Of a stretch of DNA of 64,000 nt, positions 34,795 through 46,091 are shown piece by piece (positions within the stretch are counted from its first letter, which is position 1; each line of letters starts with the position of its first letter). The stretch is from the NCBI GenBank assembly GCA_965644495.1, contig CBFFSA010000018.1:124001-188000 (forward strand), read 5' to 3'. The position numbers were made by a program, and so were the translations under genes. Source of the DNA: Perkinsela sp. CCAP 1560/9 (lineage: Eukaryota; Protista; Euglenozoa: Kinetoplastea). The notes beneath the pieces are model-generated. The model did not search any database. It was given only the letters and a program-made list of their open reading frames with translations, and was not told where the DNA came from.

Positions 34795-35544
34795 GGGACC
34801 AGAAGTGCGCATTTTTGTCATAAAATATTTTTTCCGCTGTTTTTTACAAAAGACGAAAAGTGACCATTTTTCGAGCGAAATAGAGTGCTTTATACGTATT
34901 CGCCGCACCATGATACATGCGCAGCGAAAAAATTTAGTAGATTATCATCAGCTTTTACTATTCTTCGAAGCGGGGCGGTAATAATCGTGTACGTCGACTC
35001 CGGGCCGATGGTTCACAGTGGGTTAATGTGGTCGTGAAGACCAATCGCTATCATAAGGCCGAGGAAATCTTTGTAAGCTCTCTCGCTGATCGTCGTGCAG
35101 TGACCACTAATCCCGAAGTGCTGGACTTGGCAGTAGGCCCTAGGACCGTTGATGGACCGTTGATGGATGGTTGGCGAGGAAGTGCTGCGTGAGGTGATGG
35201 TTTGCGTCACGGAGCCGTGAATCATCGACGTCATTGGGTCGATCCAGAGACAGGAGTCCATACGCAGACAGTTGAGTGCATGAATGGACACCTTAAAAAG
35301 CAAGTACGCACTCGCGGCACAGGCACGCTTGGAAGTGAAGACAACGCCCGCAGCGCTCGCTTAAAGTTTAGTGGTGAGGTTGTGAACGGGAAATTAAAAC
35401 GAGGGGAGCACTGCGGGCATCCTCTACGTAGACTCTTGCTGGAAGTGCAAATGTACTGTAGACATGTAGAAGTTAGTTTAGAGTGAAATGTTTTATAAAA
35501 TGGTGAAGTTTAAAAAAATGTGAAAAATGCGCACTTTTGGGCCC
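34795..35544 (+). mobile_element. Merlin (IS1595-like) element, internally deleted, with a transposase C-terminal remnant at ~35130-35486
   Basis: TIRs GGGACCAGAAGTGCGCATTTTT / AAAAATGCGCACTTTTGGGCCC. MDGWRG...HGAVNHRRHWVDPETGVHTQTVECMNGHLKK is the Merlin/IS1016 signature. No TSD preserved. Confidence 0.85.
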
Positions 35545-35926
35545 TTTCAACCTAGTTTTTTACAACAACAAACAATAAAATATTTTGGAATAAGAAATGC
35601 ATTACGTTCGGCGAGTACAAAAAAAGCTGCCACGCGTACTAAGAGAGAACCTCATACCGCGGTATTCTTATACTGCATAGCTAGGGCATGTGTAATCACT
35701 TGGATATGCGCGAAACAAAAAAGGTTTATTAAAAATAATCAACATGTTCGTGGGATGTGTACCTCCCCGAAAAGTGTTCAATGCGTTCTATGTGTTCAAT
35801 GAACAAAAAAAAGTGTTCATAGAACACATAGGTATGTAGTATGAATATGCTTTGATATTTCTTCGTCAGTACTATCTTTCGAAATGTGTCCTGTAGGATG
35901 AAACTATTAGCACTGTCAACTGAGTG

Positions 35927-36736
35927 CTACAGGCTGACAAACCATGGTGGTGGTGAAGGTGTGACAAGTTCGAATTCATTTTCTGCCAAGTATACCCATT
36001 CCATCGAATCACTTAAATGGTCCAAGTGAAGACTTCCCGAAAGCAGGTTGGTGTGTAAATCTAATCGTTTCAGTGAAGCGGGAAGATGTGATAAATTTAA
36101 ACTTCCATAAAATCGATTGTTTCCCAAATAAAGTCCATGCAACGAGTCGGGAAGCTTGTCTAGATGAAGTTCTCCCGTAAACTTGTTGTCATTCAAAGCG
36201 AGATAAAATATGTTCGTTGGCAAGGTTGTGAGGTCTAAATGGCCATGAAGAGAGTTGTAGCCTAAATTTAGTCTAGATATTCCTTGAGGTAAAAGAGCAA
36301 GAACTATTTCAGATTTGAAAGTGTTTTCAAAGGCTACGAACTCTTGCAGGGCAGTTGGGAAATCTTGGCAACTTATTGTTCCTTGGAACATATTTTCATT
36401 AATATAAAGGAGTGACAAGACAGTCGGCAGAGCACAGAATGTTATGTTCCCTGATATCTTGTTTCGGCTTAGTATTATGCGCTCTATTGTATGAGGAAGA
36501 AATTCCCAAGAAAGAATCCCTGTAATTCCACTTGATGCTCGATCAATGGCTATGACATTCATGCCTTCATCAAGACCAATTCCTTCCCATTGTGACAAGC
36601 TTTTCGATGAAGTCCACGAACGTGGTGCGTAAATCAATTTTTGTACCACTCTTTGCATCTGAATTTCAGGCGGTAAGATGCCATTGCTTACTTTGCCGCG
36701 CAGCGAGCCAAATTCTGACCCCAAAACACATTTCAT
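35927..36736 (-). CDS. Leucine-rich repeat protein (paralog 4)
   Basis: GKVSNGILPPEIQMQRVV..W....LSQWEGI cap and 24-aa LRRs. Confidence 0.88.
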   Translation of the reverse strand: MKCVLGSEFGSLRGKVSNGILPPEIQMQRVVQKLIYAPRSWTSSKSLSQWEGIGLDEGMNVIAIDRASSGITGILSWEFLPHTIERIILSRNKISGNITFCALPTVLSLLYINENMFQGTISCQDFPTALQEFVAFENTFKSEIVLALLPQGISRLNLGYNSLHGHLDLTTLPTNIFYLALNDNKFTGELHLDKLPDSLHGLYLGNNRFYGSLNLSHLPASLKRLDLHTNLLSGSLHLDHLSDSMEWVYLAENEFELVTPSPPPWFVSL

Positions 36737-37008
36737 GATTTCGTTTCGACACTTGATGATTCGTTAACACAAAAAAAGAGAACTAATTAGCTAGTAAAAA
36801 ATAGTAAAGATACCTTCAATATCATGTCTCAAGTTGATACCACTACTCCTCGGAGAAAAAAAGAGTGACATGGTAATACACAGTATCCATATTTTAAATA
36901 TGGATGTTAAATAAAAAAATACTTCGTAATTAACAAAAAATACTTCGTAGTTAGATATCCTGTGTAGGCTGAAAGTCAGATCCGCTAACAAAAAATACAT
37001 TGCAATTA

Positions 37009-37165
37009 CAGTGGTGATCAGCGTCTTACCCCCTCAGGGGGGGGGGTAGGGGGTCGCTCGGATTCGGAACGATTGAGTCGAAAAACGGTGGTATACCAAA
37101 TATTTCCAAAAATCTGACAAAAATACAAGACCTGTGGGGGGGAGCAAAGACGCTGATCGCCACTG
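37009..37165. mobile_element. 157-bp MITE
   Basis: TA|CAGTGGTGATCAGCGTCTT ... AAGACGCTGATCGCCACTG|TA. Confidence 0.85.
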
Positions 37166-37422
37166 TAGATATTCTGTGTACGCAGCGCGTGACTCTTTGT
37201 GATGTGACTTCCGTGACGTCCAAAGTTGCAGTGCCGTAAATGCGACACAATGGCTAGCTACGGGCACTGGTACAATTAAAAGTCACGAGAATAACAAAAA
37301 CCAACAAAATGAAGAAGAAAAATTACACCGCTCCGCGGCTCCGTATTTACATGTGTAAATACGTGTAAGGACATTTTTTCGTTGACTTATCTGCAGGATA
37401 ACTGTTATTCAGGGGTCAAGAA

Positions 37423-40400
37423 TCAGAAACGGAGGACCTCAACACCTTGTCCTGTTACAACAAGTGTTTGACGTCGAAGTTTTTCAGACAATACCGCAAC
37501 CTGAGCTTGTGCTACTTCCGTCCAACATAACTTCGTGTTAACGAGTCGTGTACGAGTGGAGTGGTGCTGACTTGTGACATTGTTGTCCAAAGAATTCCCC
37601 CAAAAAGTGAAAACATGTACCCGACGGTCCGCGCCGACAGACCACGCCGCGCACGGAGAGTGAAACCCAACACTACGTACTGCCGCACAATGAATACGAA
37701 ACAGTCGCATAGTGTTGTGAAAATGGAGATGAAAAACTAGCTCGGTACATTTGGTGTTTGCTTCGTAAAGAGGCTTCACTGATATACTAAACACGGAGAG
37801 CGTTACTGTCTCGTCCTCGGAGCCTGTAATCATTTGATAGTACGCATTCTCATTTTCCGGGCACGTAGATTGTGTAATTTGCAGAGAAAAGACGGGACCA
37901 CGATGAGCCGAAAACAGTATCATATCGGAGCTCTCTGCAGATGTTAGGAAAGGAAACATGCTCGACGAATCACGCCATCGCACCTTACTAAGAGAAATAT
38001 CTTCGAATACGTCGTTCATGATCAAAAACATAATATTTCCACTACCTGTTCCAGCTGCAACCAAATAGTAAGACTGAAGTTCATTTGAATGCCCCAGCAC
38101 GGATTTATCTCCGTATAGATCACGGCATGCGGTGCAACGTATGGGACCTGTAGGAAAAGTGCGGGACCATGAAATATTCTTCTCAGGTTCGGCCTCGGGA
38201 GAAAGCGATATACGTATCACTGCAAGAGTTCCCTGCGATGTTCCTATCATAGCTTTGTACGTGAGTGGTGAAGTAATGCCCATTCTAAGAGAAATCTCGC
38301 TTGCGCATTTCGAAGGAATTTCACAAAGAGTAAGAATACGGTTTAAAACTTGGGACCCGGAAAGCGTAAAACTACGAATGCACTCCAGTGAAACTGCATT
38401 AATAACGTCTGTTCCAAGTTTTGTATCTACATAGCTCACATTTTTAAAGTCATTCGTATTTTGTAGGCAGACTTCCCAGAGTTGCACACGCTCTTGACCC
38501 CCAGCTGTAAGAAAGTGCCTTAGGTGTCGCCGTGTGGAACTATCGTCTGCGTTGGTGTGGTGGTATGAGTGAAGTGCGGTGACACACAATGCGGCACTGC
38601 GCCCTGTGTAGCGTAAACAAACGGGTTCCAAATGGAGACTACCTAAATGTTCAGTCAGCGAAAGAAGACCTACGGTACTGTCCTCACTAACACATGCCAT
38701 AAGCTCCACATTCTGAGACCCTCGCAACTGGATAGGTTGCGACAGACAGCAAACATCATGAATCATGTGTCCTTGAAAGCCCTCCTGGAAAGACTCAACG
38801 AACCCTGCGTTCGAGCCTATATTTTCCAATGAACCACTATCCTGTGTAATAAACCTCGCCTTGTTACCATTTTGAACACACACTACGGTGTACAAACCTG
38901 TTGAGCAAAATTTTGTACGTAGAGTGCGGTAACTTCTGGTTACAGTGTGACTCGCCCTCTCACGTAATGTATGGGAGTCATACACTTGCATGCGGCTGCC
39001 TGTGACTCCCACAATACAGCCCTCATGATGAAAATTATCGCAATGCATCGGCGCCCTTAGCAAAGGGCGATCAGAGAAGTGCAACACAGAGGACATCAAA
39101 GCACTTAGTTCTACTCGGGAGTGAAAAACCCAGGGCAGTATAGAATCATGATATTGCGACGCTCTGTGATGAATCACAGCTCGTTGTATTAAACTTACGG
39201 CACCGTCACTACCACAGATAGCAACTCGGATTACGTCGCATTCGGGATGAATCTGCTCCAACATATAGCGAACACTGTTGATGGCCCCTTGGTGGATGCG
39301 GGAAAAGCTTGATACTGGAGCAGAAGGTGTAGAAGGTAAAGGGGACTGAGCTTTTCTTGCGTGCGACACGTTGCACAGATCATGAAAAAATACAGATCCA
39401 TTTTTGGTGCCTACACAAAGCATGTACACCACTCTTCCAGAAACTGTGAAAAGATTATTGGTGTAGCAGTCGGCATGAATACTTCCTTTGCGGAGGGAAA
39501 TGGACCATAGAGCGACGAAGCGTGCAGAAGGAAAACGTGGTTCATCGTTGCGCGTATTGGATTCGTCGTATTGATAAGACGCAACGGTATCGATTGGGTC
39601 TAGCACCATTAGTTTATCCTCGTCGTAAACGTTCATGCGACATACTTTTCGGGAAAGAAGAGGAAAACAATGGAGCTGTATGGAGTGAGTGGTGCAGTCT
39701 TCTACGCTTTCCTTGGTCGAGTCGAGCGAAGAAGTTGGAAAGCTTTGGTGTGCGCTGCCCCGATTAGTGTCACATATTGAGATAACGTCCACTGTTCCGT
39801 TTGAGTACCCAACAATGCCAAGGAAACGTACGTGGGAAACCGACTTGTGTAGCCACATTGTTGTCAAACAAGTAATTTCCTTCTGAATCATTGTTATTGA
39901 ATCACTCTTCTCATTCAAAGCAGAGACTTTTGTGGTACTGGAGTACGCGGAAAATAACATGGCCTTGACAAGATTCGTTTGACTACTTTTTTCATGCACC
40001 GCGAAATCGAAACGGGAAGTGGAGAATTCACATCTTAGTAAATCACTCTGAAAGTCACTTTTCTCATCTGGACATAAAAACACATCAATGGCACAGAGCT
40101 TTGCTCCACATGGTTCAAGACCAACGTACGGAGTTTCGGAAAATACTGCCCATGGTATACCAGTAAGATATAGTCCCCCGTCAAAGCCTGCAGTGCAGAA
40201 GTAAGCTTCAAACGTGACATCATCATTAACGTCGTTCTGAGAGTTAAAAGAAAGGCTGAGATCCACGGACCGAATTCCTCGTGGTCGGTGTTTTTCCCAT
40301 CGATGAATCCTTTGCTGACGAGTAAGGTCCCACAAATTTGCTGCACCGTCTTCTCCTGCACTCAGCGCACAAAGACAACCGTGGGCCTGCACCCAAAACA

Positions 40401-41556
40401 GAACTACATCCCAGATGCGACTACGGTGAGGGTCTTCCAGTACATTACCAGATGTCCACGAGAATACTTTATTATTGTCGTACTCGGTATTGAAGTACCA
40501 CACTATAATTCTGCGATCGTCTGCACCAGAAGCAAATGTTTTTTGCATATCCAAGGTCCCGCTTTCGGGTTTTATCCACCGTATAGTTTCCACTCTTCCT
40601 GTATGCCCTGCAGCAGTTGAGTTGTTCCATGATTCGTAAGGCCGATAAATGGGACACACTGCATTCTGAGCGTTCTCCGTGCATCGCAGATGTGATGCGT
40701 TATTTTCGAGTGCCGTCAACGTCTCAATTCCCTGGCCTACTGTGTTGTAAGCATAGATATTTCCGAAGAAAGAGCCCAGCAATACGATTCCTGTAAGCGA
40801 CACCGATGCAGTTGCGAAAACCCGACTCGGGCAGCTCGGAAACACGTGCCGCGAACGTCTTAAAGAGAATTTCTCTTCCTCGTAAGACACGTCAAATATG
40901 ATGCAGGATCCCCAAGTAAATACAGAAAGCAATCGCAGTGGAGCAGTTTTTTCCGCACGATTGACAGAAGTTGTGAACTCAGTGGCTACTACCCGGCCAG
41001 GAATGTGCACATCACTGATTTCGACCATGTAGAGTGTGTCAACAAGTAACTTGATGTTGCTTGCACTATTTGATCCGACGTTTTCTGTGCAACGCTTATG
41101 TGCACGAACGCAAAATAAAAAAACGCATTGTTCCCCAAAAGCAGCACCTAGCGCACAAATATTGCTTTTCGGCATTTCTATCAGAGATATTCCACTCTCA
41201 TATGGCATGTAAAGATTTGAAAGTCCACATAACTGTAGAGGTTGAGTGCCAAAGGAACAATAGCTAAGGGCGCTAAAGCTAAAAGTAGCTTGCATTGGGG
41301 TATTTTGTGTTTGCGTACTTCCAGAGACACTCGGCTGAATATATTCATGTCCTGTGGTCCCACTACTACTCAGCGGAATATTCGAACAGTATCGATAACT
41401 GTATTTAACACCACATCCTGATGTAGCGATAACGAAGTCGTATTCGAAAGAGATCATTTCATCATCAATTTCTAGCAAAGAGCATAGAAAAGAAGGTAGA
41501 GGCTTCAGGATAGCGCAGCGCACACACGTTATTGTTCCGTGAAAGCTGCTATCCAT
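37423..41556 (-). CDS. WDR6: WD40 protein, WDR6/Trm734-like (tRNA 2'-O-methyltransferase regulator)
   Basis: GHTGRV, SGADDRRIIVW, HRSRIWDV, SAGEDG..LW, HRPRGIRSV, AGFDGG, SEDSTV, SVGADRRV and the C-terminal VTGQGVEVL follow the WDR6 layout. Confidence 0.78.
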   Translation of the reverse strand: MDSSFHGTITCVRCAILKPLPSFLCSLLEIDDEMISFEYDFVIATSGCGVKYSYRYCSNIPLSSSGTTGHEYIQPSVSGSTQTQNTPMQATFSFSALSYCSFGTQPLQLCGLSNLYMPYESGISLIEMPKSNICALGAAFGEQCVFLFCVRAHKRCTENVGSNSASNIKLLVDTLYMVEISDVHIPGRVVATEFTTSVNRAEKTAPLRLLSVFTWGSCIIFDVSYEEEKFSLRRSRHVFPSCPSRVFATASVSLTGIVLLGSFFGNIYAYNTVGQGIETLTALENNASHLRCTENAQNAVCPIYRPYESWNNSTAAGHTGRVETIRWIKPESGTLDMQKTFASGADDRRIIVWYFNTEYDNNKVFSWTSGNVLEDPHRSRIWDVVLFWVQAHGCLCALSAGEDGAANLWDLTRQQRIHRWEKHRPRGIRSVDLSLSFNSQNDVNDDVTFEAYFCTAGFDGGLYLTGIPWAVFSETPYVGLEPCGAKLCAIDVFLCPDEKSDFQSDLLRCEFSTSRFDFAVHEKSSQTNLVKAMLFSAYSSTTKVSALNEKSDSITMIQKEITCLTTMWLHKSVSHVRFLGIVGYSNGTVDVISICDTNRGSAHQSFPTSSLDSTKESVEDCTTHSIQLHCFPLLSRKVCRMNVYDEDKLMVLDPIDTVASYQYDESNTRNDEPRFPSARFVALWSISLRKGSIHADCYTNNLFTVSGRVVYMLCVGTKNGSVFFHDLCNVSHARKAQSPLPSTPSAPVSSFSRIHQGAINSVRYMLEQIHPECDVIRVAICGSDGAVSLIQRAVIHHRASQYHDSILPWVFHSRVELSALMSSVLHFSDRPLLRAPMHCDNFHHEGCIVGVTGSRMQVYDSHTLRERASHTVTRSYRTLRTKFCSTGLYTVVCVQNGNKARFITQDSGSLENIGSNAGFVESFQEGFQGHMIHDVCCLSQPIQLRGSQNVELMACVSEDSTVGLLSLTEHLGSLHLEPVCLRYTGRSAALCVTALHSYHHTNADDSSTRRHLRHFLTAGGQERVQLWEVCLQNTNDFKNVSYVDTKLGTDVINAVSLECIRSFTLSGSQVLNRILTLCEIPSKCASEISLRMGITSPLTYKAMIGTSQGTLAVIRISLSPEAEPEKNISWSRTFPTGPIRCTACRDLYGDKSVLGHSNELQSYYLVAAGTGSGNIMFLIMNDVFEDISLSKVRWRDSSSMFPFLTSAESSDMILFSAHRGPVFSLQITQSTCPENENAYYQMITGSEDETVTLSVFSISVKPLYEANTKCTELVFHLHFHNTMRLFRIHCAAVRSVGFHSPCAAWSVGADRRVHVFTFWGNSLDNNVTSQHHSTRTRLVNTKLCWTEVAQAQVAVLSEKLRRQTLVVTGQGVEVLRF

Positions 41557-42616
41557 AGGTTCTATTTACACAATGGGGAGTATGCCGCACCTTGGATATC
41601 GGGGCAGGAAGCTTCCGATAGGGGGTTAACTAATACCTATTGTAAATGAACCTATCAAAATAAGCTTGTAATGTCTCGGGATCTTCGTCTATTCACTCCC
41701 CGATCGAACCTGTGATCATTTTCCACATTTACAGGAGTCTGTGCGCCAAAGATTGATTTTCATCCGTCCATTTTAACAAAACCCAGCAGCGTTTAGGCAT
41801 AAATGAATGAATCACGCAGAAAAAATATAAATAGAATTGCGTAGTTTGTGTAATAAGCTTTAGATGCGATTTCTCATAGGTACATTACTTTGTAATAGGT
41901 ACATGTACTTTGTCTCTGATATTAAACGGGGGTCTGGCTTAACATACCCCCCGGTATGTTCCCCAAAAAAGATGCGAAGAATTCTTCTTTTATGAGTAGC
42001 AACAAAAGAGTCGTAGGCAGGTTGGCAAAATGCCTTCGGGTTAAAACTAAACGAGGGCACGGGTTAACATGCCTATAGCACCATAACATGCCCCCCGGCA
42101 CGTTATAGTGAAATAGGGTCATACCATAGGGTCATAACATGCTCCTCCTTCTGATTTTCTCGGCGAAGCCGAGCTTTTTTTGGTACCCTGTATTTCACTC
42201 TTGTTTCTTTAATATTTATTTCTGTTAAGCCTTTCTTCAGGATAATACTGTGTTACTTTTTCAATGTCGAATCAGGGCCATACTCGTGAAGAATCCTCTG
42301 AAGAAGAGTTCTCTGAAGACGAGGAGGGGGTCGAGGAAGAGGAAGACGAGCACGAAGAAGAGGATGATGATGAGGAAGACGAAGCTGCTGATGAAGATGT
42401 TGAGCTACTGATAGTAGACTCTCTTCTCTGACCTTTTTCATGAGGAAAATACTGAACCGGGGGATGACACCTCCCAACTCACTCCCGAGCTCGACAATGA
42501 TCAGAGGAAAGAAGATCTTCTTGTGGAGTTCAAAAAGAAAAAAAACCGCTCCACCCTCGATTATTGAAAAAAAAGTGAACAAAAACAGTGAAAATATAAA
42601 GAGGAACACAGTAATA

Positions 42617-43955
42617 AACCCCTGGCCACCAATAAGGCACCCCCCCTTATTTTTTGCATGAGGGGGTATGGTAGGGTTCTCATACCATGTTTTCGTTCAA
42701 AATTTTGAGATCTGTACGTTCCCGCTGTTTTTAGCTCATGAAAAATAAAAAAATAAAAAAATATTTTACCACTTTAACATTAGGGTCGATTTATGAAAAA
42801 ATCATTCCGCAGGCCTCCGAAAGGTGGCCTCAGCCCCCTGGGGAAGGAACTCATGCTTTTAAGGTTTCAAGATGGCATCCCAAAGAAACGAATAGCACAT
42901 AAATTGAATGTAAGCGTGAAATACATTCGAAAATACCTCCGTGATCACCCCAAAATTGAGACGAAAAAAAGCCTAAAGAAATCCCCACAGAAAAAAAAAA
43001 TAAAGTCTCGTAAAAAAGGATTGAAACCATTATTTCTAAGAAAGATGCGGCAGGGGTGCCAAAGTACAACAGTTCAAAGCGTATTTCTGTTGTTTTGTGC
43101 AGAAAGGGTGTTACTGCAAGCCCTCGAACTGTTCGTCGACATTTGAGGCAAGCAGGGCATCAATATAGGCCACGCCCAATTTCACAAGGGCTCACCGCTG
43201 TACAAAAAGAAAAACGCGTACAGTTTTCTTTAAATTACAAAGAGGACACATCGAAATTGATATTCTCAGATGAGAAGGTGTTTGCTACAAACGATAATCG
43301 AATGAAAATGTGGGTAAAAAAAGGAGAGACCCCTGCAAAGAGACTAAAGGTGCGCTGGGCGCCTAAGTGTCAGGTGTGGGGTGCTATAGGAATTAACTGG
43401 AGATGCTTAAACATTTTATCCAGCAGGACCTCTATTATCCACGAAACATACATAGACACACTAAAACATGTTTATTTCCCCCGCAAAAGAATATTTCAAC
43501 AAGATGGTGCCACCGCTCATACGGCCAAGGCCACCATAAATTACCTGAACAAACGAAAAATTAATCTACTAAAAAATTGGCCCCCAAATTCTCCCGATCT
43601 TTCTCCCATTGAAAACATATGGTCAATGGTACAACAAGACGTAAATGAAAAGCTACCATCTACAGTTTCCGAACTGCAAAGATGTATTCTAAACACATGG
43701 AGTTCTTTACCGACTGAGATGATAAATGATACCATCTTAAGTTTCGATCGTAGACTGAAGGCCTGCGTCGAACTAGGTGGCGAAAAGGTAAAATAGTGGT
43801 AAATAGTTTCCACTTTATAAATAGCTATAGGACTAGTGACCAAGTGTGGGAGGACATAAATCCCGAACTGAGATCTGCAAAATGCCATTGAAATTAGCTC
43901 AAACAAACAAAGCATCGAATTTTTAGAGGGGGGTGCCTTATTTTGGCCAGGGGTT
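42617..43955 (+). mobile_element. Tc1/IS630-type transposon (AACC termini) inserted in a family A fragment
   Basis: TA|AACCCCTGGCCACCAATAAGGCACCCCCC ... GGGGGGTGCCTTATTTTGGCCAGGGGTT|TA. Confidence 0.92.
42793..43796 (+). pseudogene. DD35E transposase split by a -1 frameshift at or just after the A6 run at 43012-43017
   Basis: The HTH is in ORF 42793-43146. IFSDEK, FQQDGATAH and WPPNSPDLSPIENIW are in ORF 43056-43796. One extra A fuses the two. Confidence 0.87.
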
Positions 43956-44161
43956 TATAATACAGGGCCGTTTATGTCAAAGTTGAACAATTCCACAGGT
44001 TGCACATAATGTCGAATTCAAATAAAATGTGGGGATAGCGTTAGTTTAGAACACAAGCAGATAGGGAAAAATATTTTCTACGCACATGGGCCCCTGTACC
44101 CAAAAGATGCAACGGTCCAAAAAGGCAATCTCAGGCAAAATTGACCAAGTATTTTATCATT

Positions 44162-45107
44162 ATTGCGGTGGTTGTAAAACTACCGCTCTACACTCGATTA
44201 TTGAAAAAAAGGTGAACAAAAACAGTGAAAATATAAAGGGGAACAAAGTAATATAATAGAAGAAAAAAATATAAAAGGGGGCTCCGGTGGACCAAAACTG
44301 AAAAATAAATTTGAAAAAAAAGGGGGGTCCATGGGGGGGGGTCCAGGGGGGGGGTCCAGGGGGGTTCCATGGGGGGGGGTCCAGAGGGGGGGTCCAGGGG
44401 GGGGTCCAGGGGGGGGGTCATGGTCGAGCAAATTTTTTCAAAAAAATTAGTTTTCGAAAAAAAAACGCAGAAAGGGTAGCCGGGGTCTTGGCGCGCATTT
44501 TCCACCCCCCTACCCGGGGGTGACCCCCCCGCGTATCCGCAGGACGGGTCCGCCAAGTTCGGATTTTTTCGGAAAAAAATTTTTGAAAAAAAATTCAACT
44601 TGGCAAAAAAAATGGCAAGAAAAATATTTTTCCAAAATCGTTTCCCCTATTGTATTTTGATAGTTTGGGACCTACACTAGCTTTCTCCGCAGTTGCTTTC
44701 GCAAGGTATCCCTTCTTCTAACCGTGGTGCGCCCCTCAAAATGACCCATTTTTGACTAAAAAAGGTGAAAAAGTATTTTTCGGACCTAAAGGGGCATTTT
44801 TGTGTCGAAAGATTGGTATGGTTGGAGTCGCATTCTCTACCCAATACGTTCGGTAGGCTTTCATTCATGCCTACGAGTGATTTCCCATGCGCAAATGTCG
44901 GATTTAGTGCTCTGACAGCAAAAATACGCGAAAATCACCCCATTTTTACCCGAAATTCGGCTATTTTTGGCTACAATCTTTCCGTTTTCCAGGCTAAATT
45001 TTCTTTTTTAGGCTCTTCGTTAAACGCCGCGGTAGTTTTCAACGCGAAGCGCGCAGCATGAGTGACTTCTAAGTTGAAAACAACCACCGCGTTTAACGAA
45101 GAGCCTA
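44162..45107 (+). mobile_element. Family A, uninterrupted 946-bp reference copy with an expanded G-run minisatellite
   Basis: ATTGCGGTGGTTGTAAAACTACCGC ... G-run-TCCA repeats at 44322-44420 ... 99-bp hairpin at 45009-45107. Confidence 0.9.
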
Positions 45108-45854
45108 ATTTATTATTCAAAAAATCAAACCATTAATATTATTAATAATTCAATATGCATTTACACGAGGGGCTGCGAGTGACACATGAGGAGCCCCTCG
45201 CATGTAGACATATGGTCGGCGTCATTTGCAGCAGTATGATGGCAGCACCAGGGAAGACCGCCAGGAGATCCAGAAAGCTCATTTTCGTTGCTACACATCA
45301 TACAAATACAGAGTTTGGCATTTCCCGGCTCTCGATATCAGCACTCCACAAGGAGTTGTTGTTGGTACAGCCCATTTACCTGCGTCAGGCGTAGGCTCCT
45401 ACTTCCCGCGTAGGTTGAGGTGCATATAATGATGCTCGAAGCATCAGCATCGACTCCATAAGGAGATCTCCATCAATGCTCCTTTTCGGCATGAAAATAC
45501 TGTTTGGTACAAAATTAAGGGGGAGAAATTTGAGTGTAAAAGCCCAATAATAATTTATTAATAAACTATTAATAATTTATTAATAATCTATTAATAATAA
45601 TTATTGAGGGAGATACGGAGTATCTAACTCGCTTACTAAGGTTAATTCCAAAACTTGAAAATGCCCCTCAAAAAAGCGAGAGATCGAGTTTTTTCAAAAT
45701 TTTAAAACGTAGCAGTAGCTCATTAGATGAACTCTTTAATACTCGAAAAATCATCTACAACGACCTCATTTCCCAAATTGTAGAACACTTTTGGTAAAAA
45801 AAAGTGCGTCTGCAAAGGTCTGCGATACGACAAACTGGTTGACTAAGGAGAGTC

Positions 45855-45928
45855 CTTTGAGTAGTCCAGTTGGTAAAGGGGTTCCATTTTGACGCTGGAT
45901 GTCCGCGGTTCGATTCCCGGCATCGACA
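45855..45928 (+). pseudogene. Decayed tRNA-like sequence (A box, B box, oligo-T)
   Basis: TAGTCCAGTTGGT (A box), TCCA..TGGA anticodon-like stem, GGTTCGATTCCC (B box), then CATCGACA-CTTTT. The acceptor and T stems pair poorly. Confidence 0.65.
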
Positions 45929-46091
45929 CTTTTGAACAAAAAAAATTATATGCTCAAAATCGCGAAAAAAACAAATTCGGAACGATTTTTTTTTAGATTT
46001 TTTTTTCTTGAAAAAAGTGGCCAGCTGGCCACCAAAAACACGGTTTGCATTTTGTATATATATAGAGAGAAAAATAATGTGCAGGTCCGAG

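Noticed and set aside
42263-42540. Acidic Glu/Asp-rich coding-like stretch on the plus strand
   Set aside because: It is short, broken by frameshifts and stops, and truncated by a family A fragment, so it cannot be assigned.
45855-45928. Functional tRNA gene
   Set aside because: The acceptor and T stems have several mismatches, and no credible anticodon or identity can be assigned.
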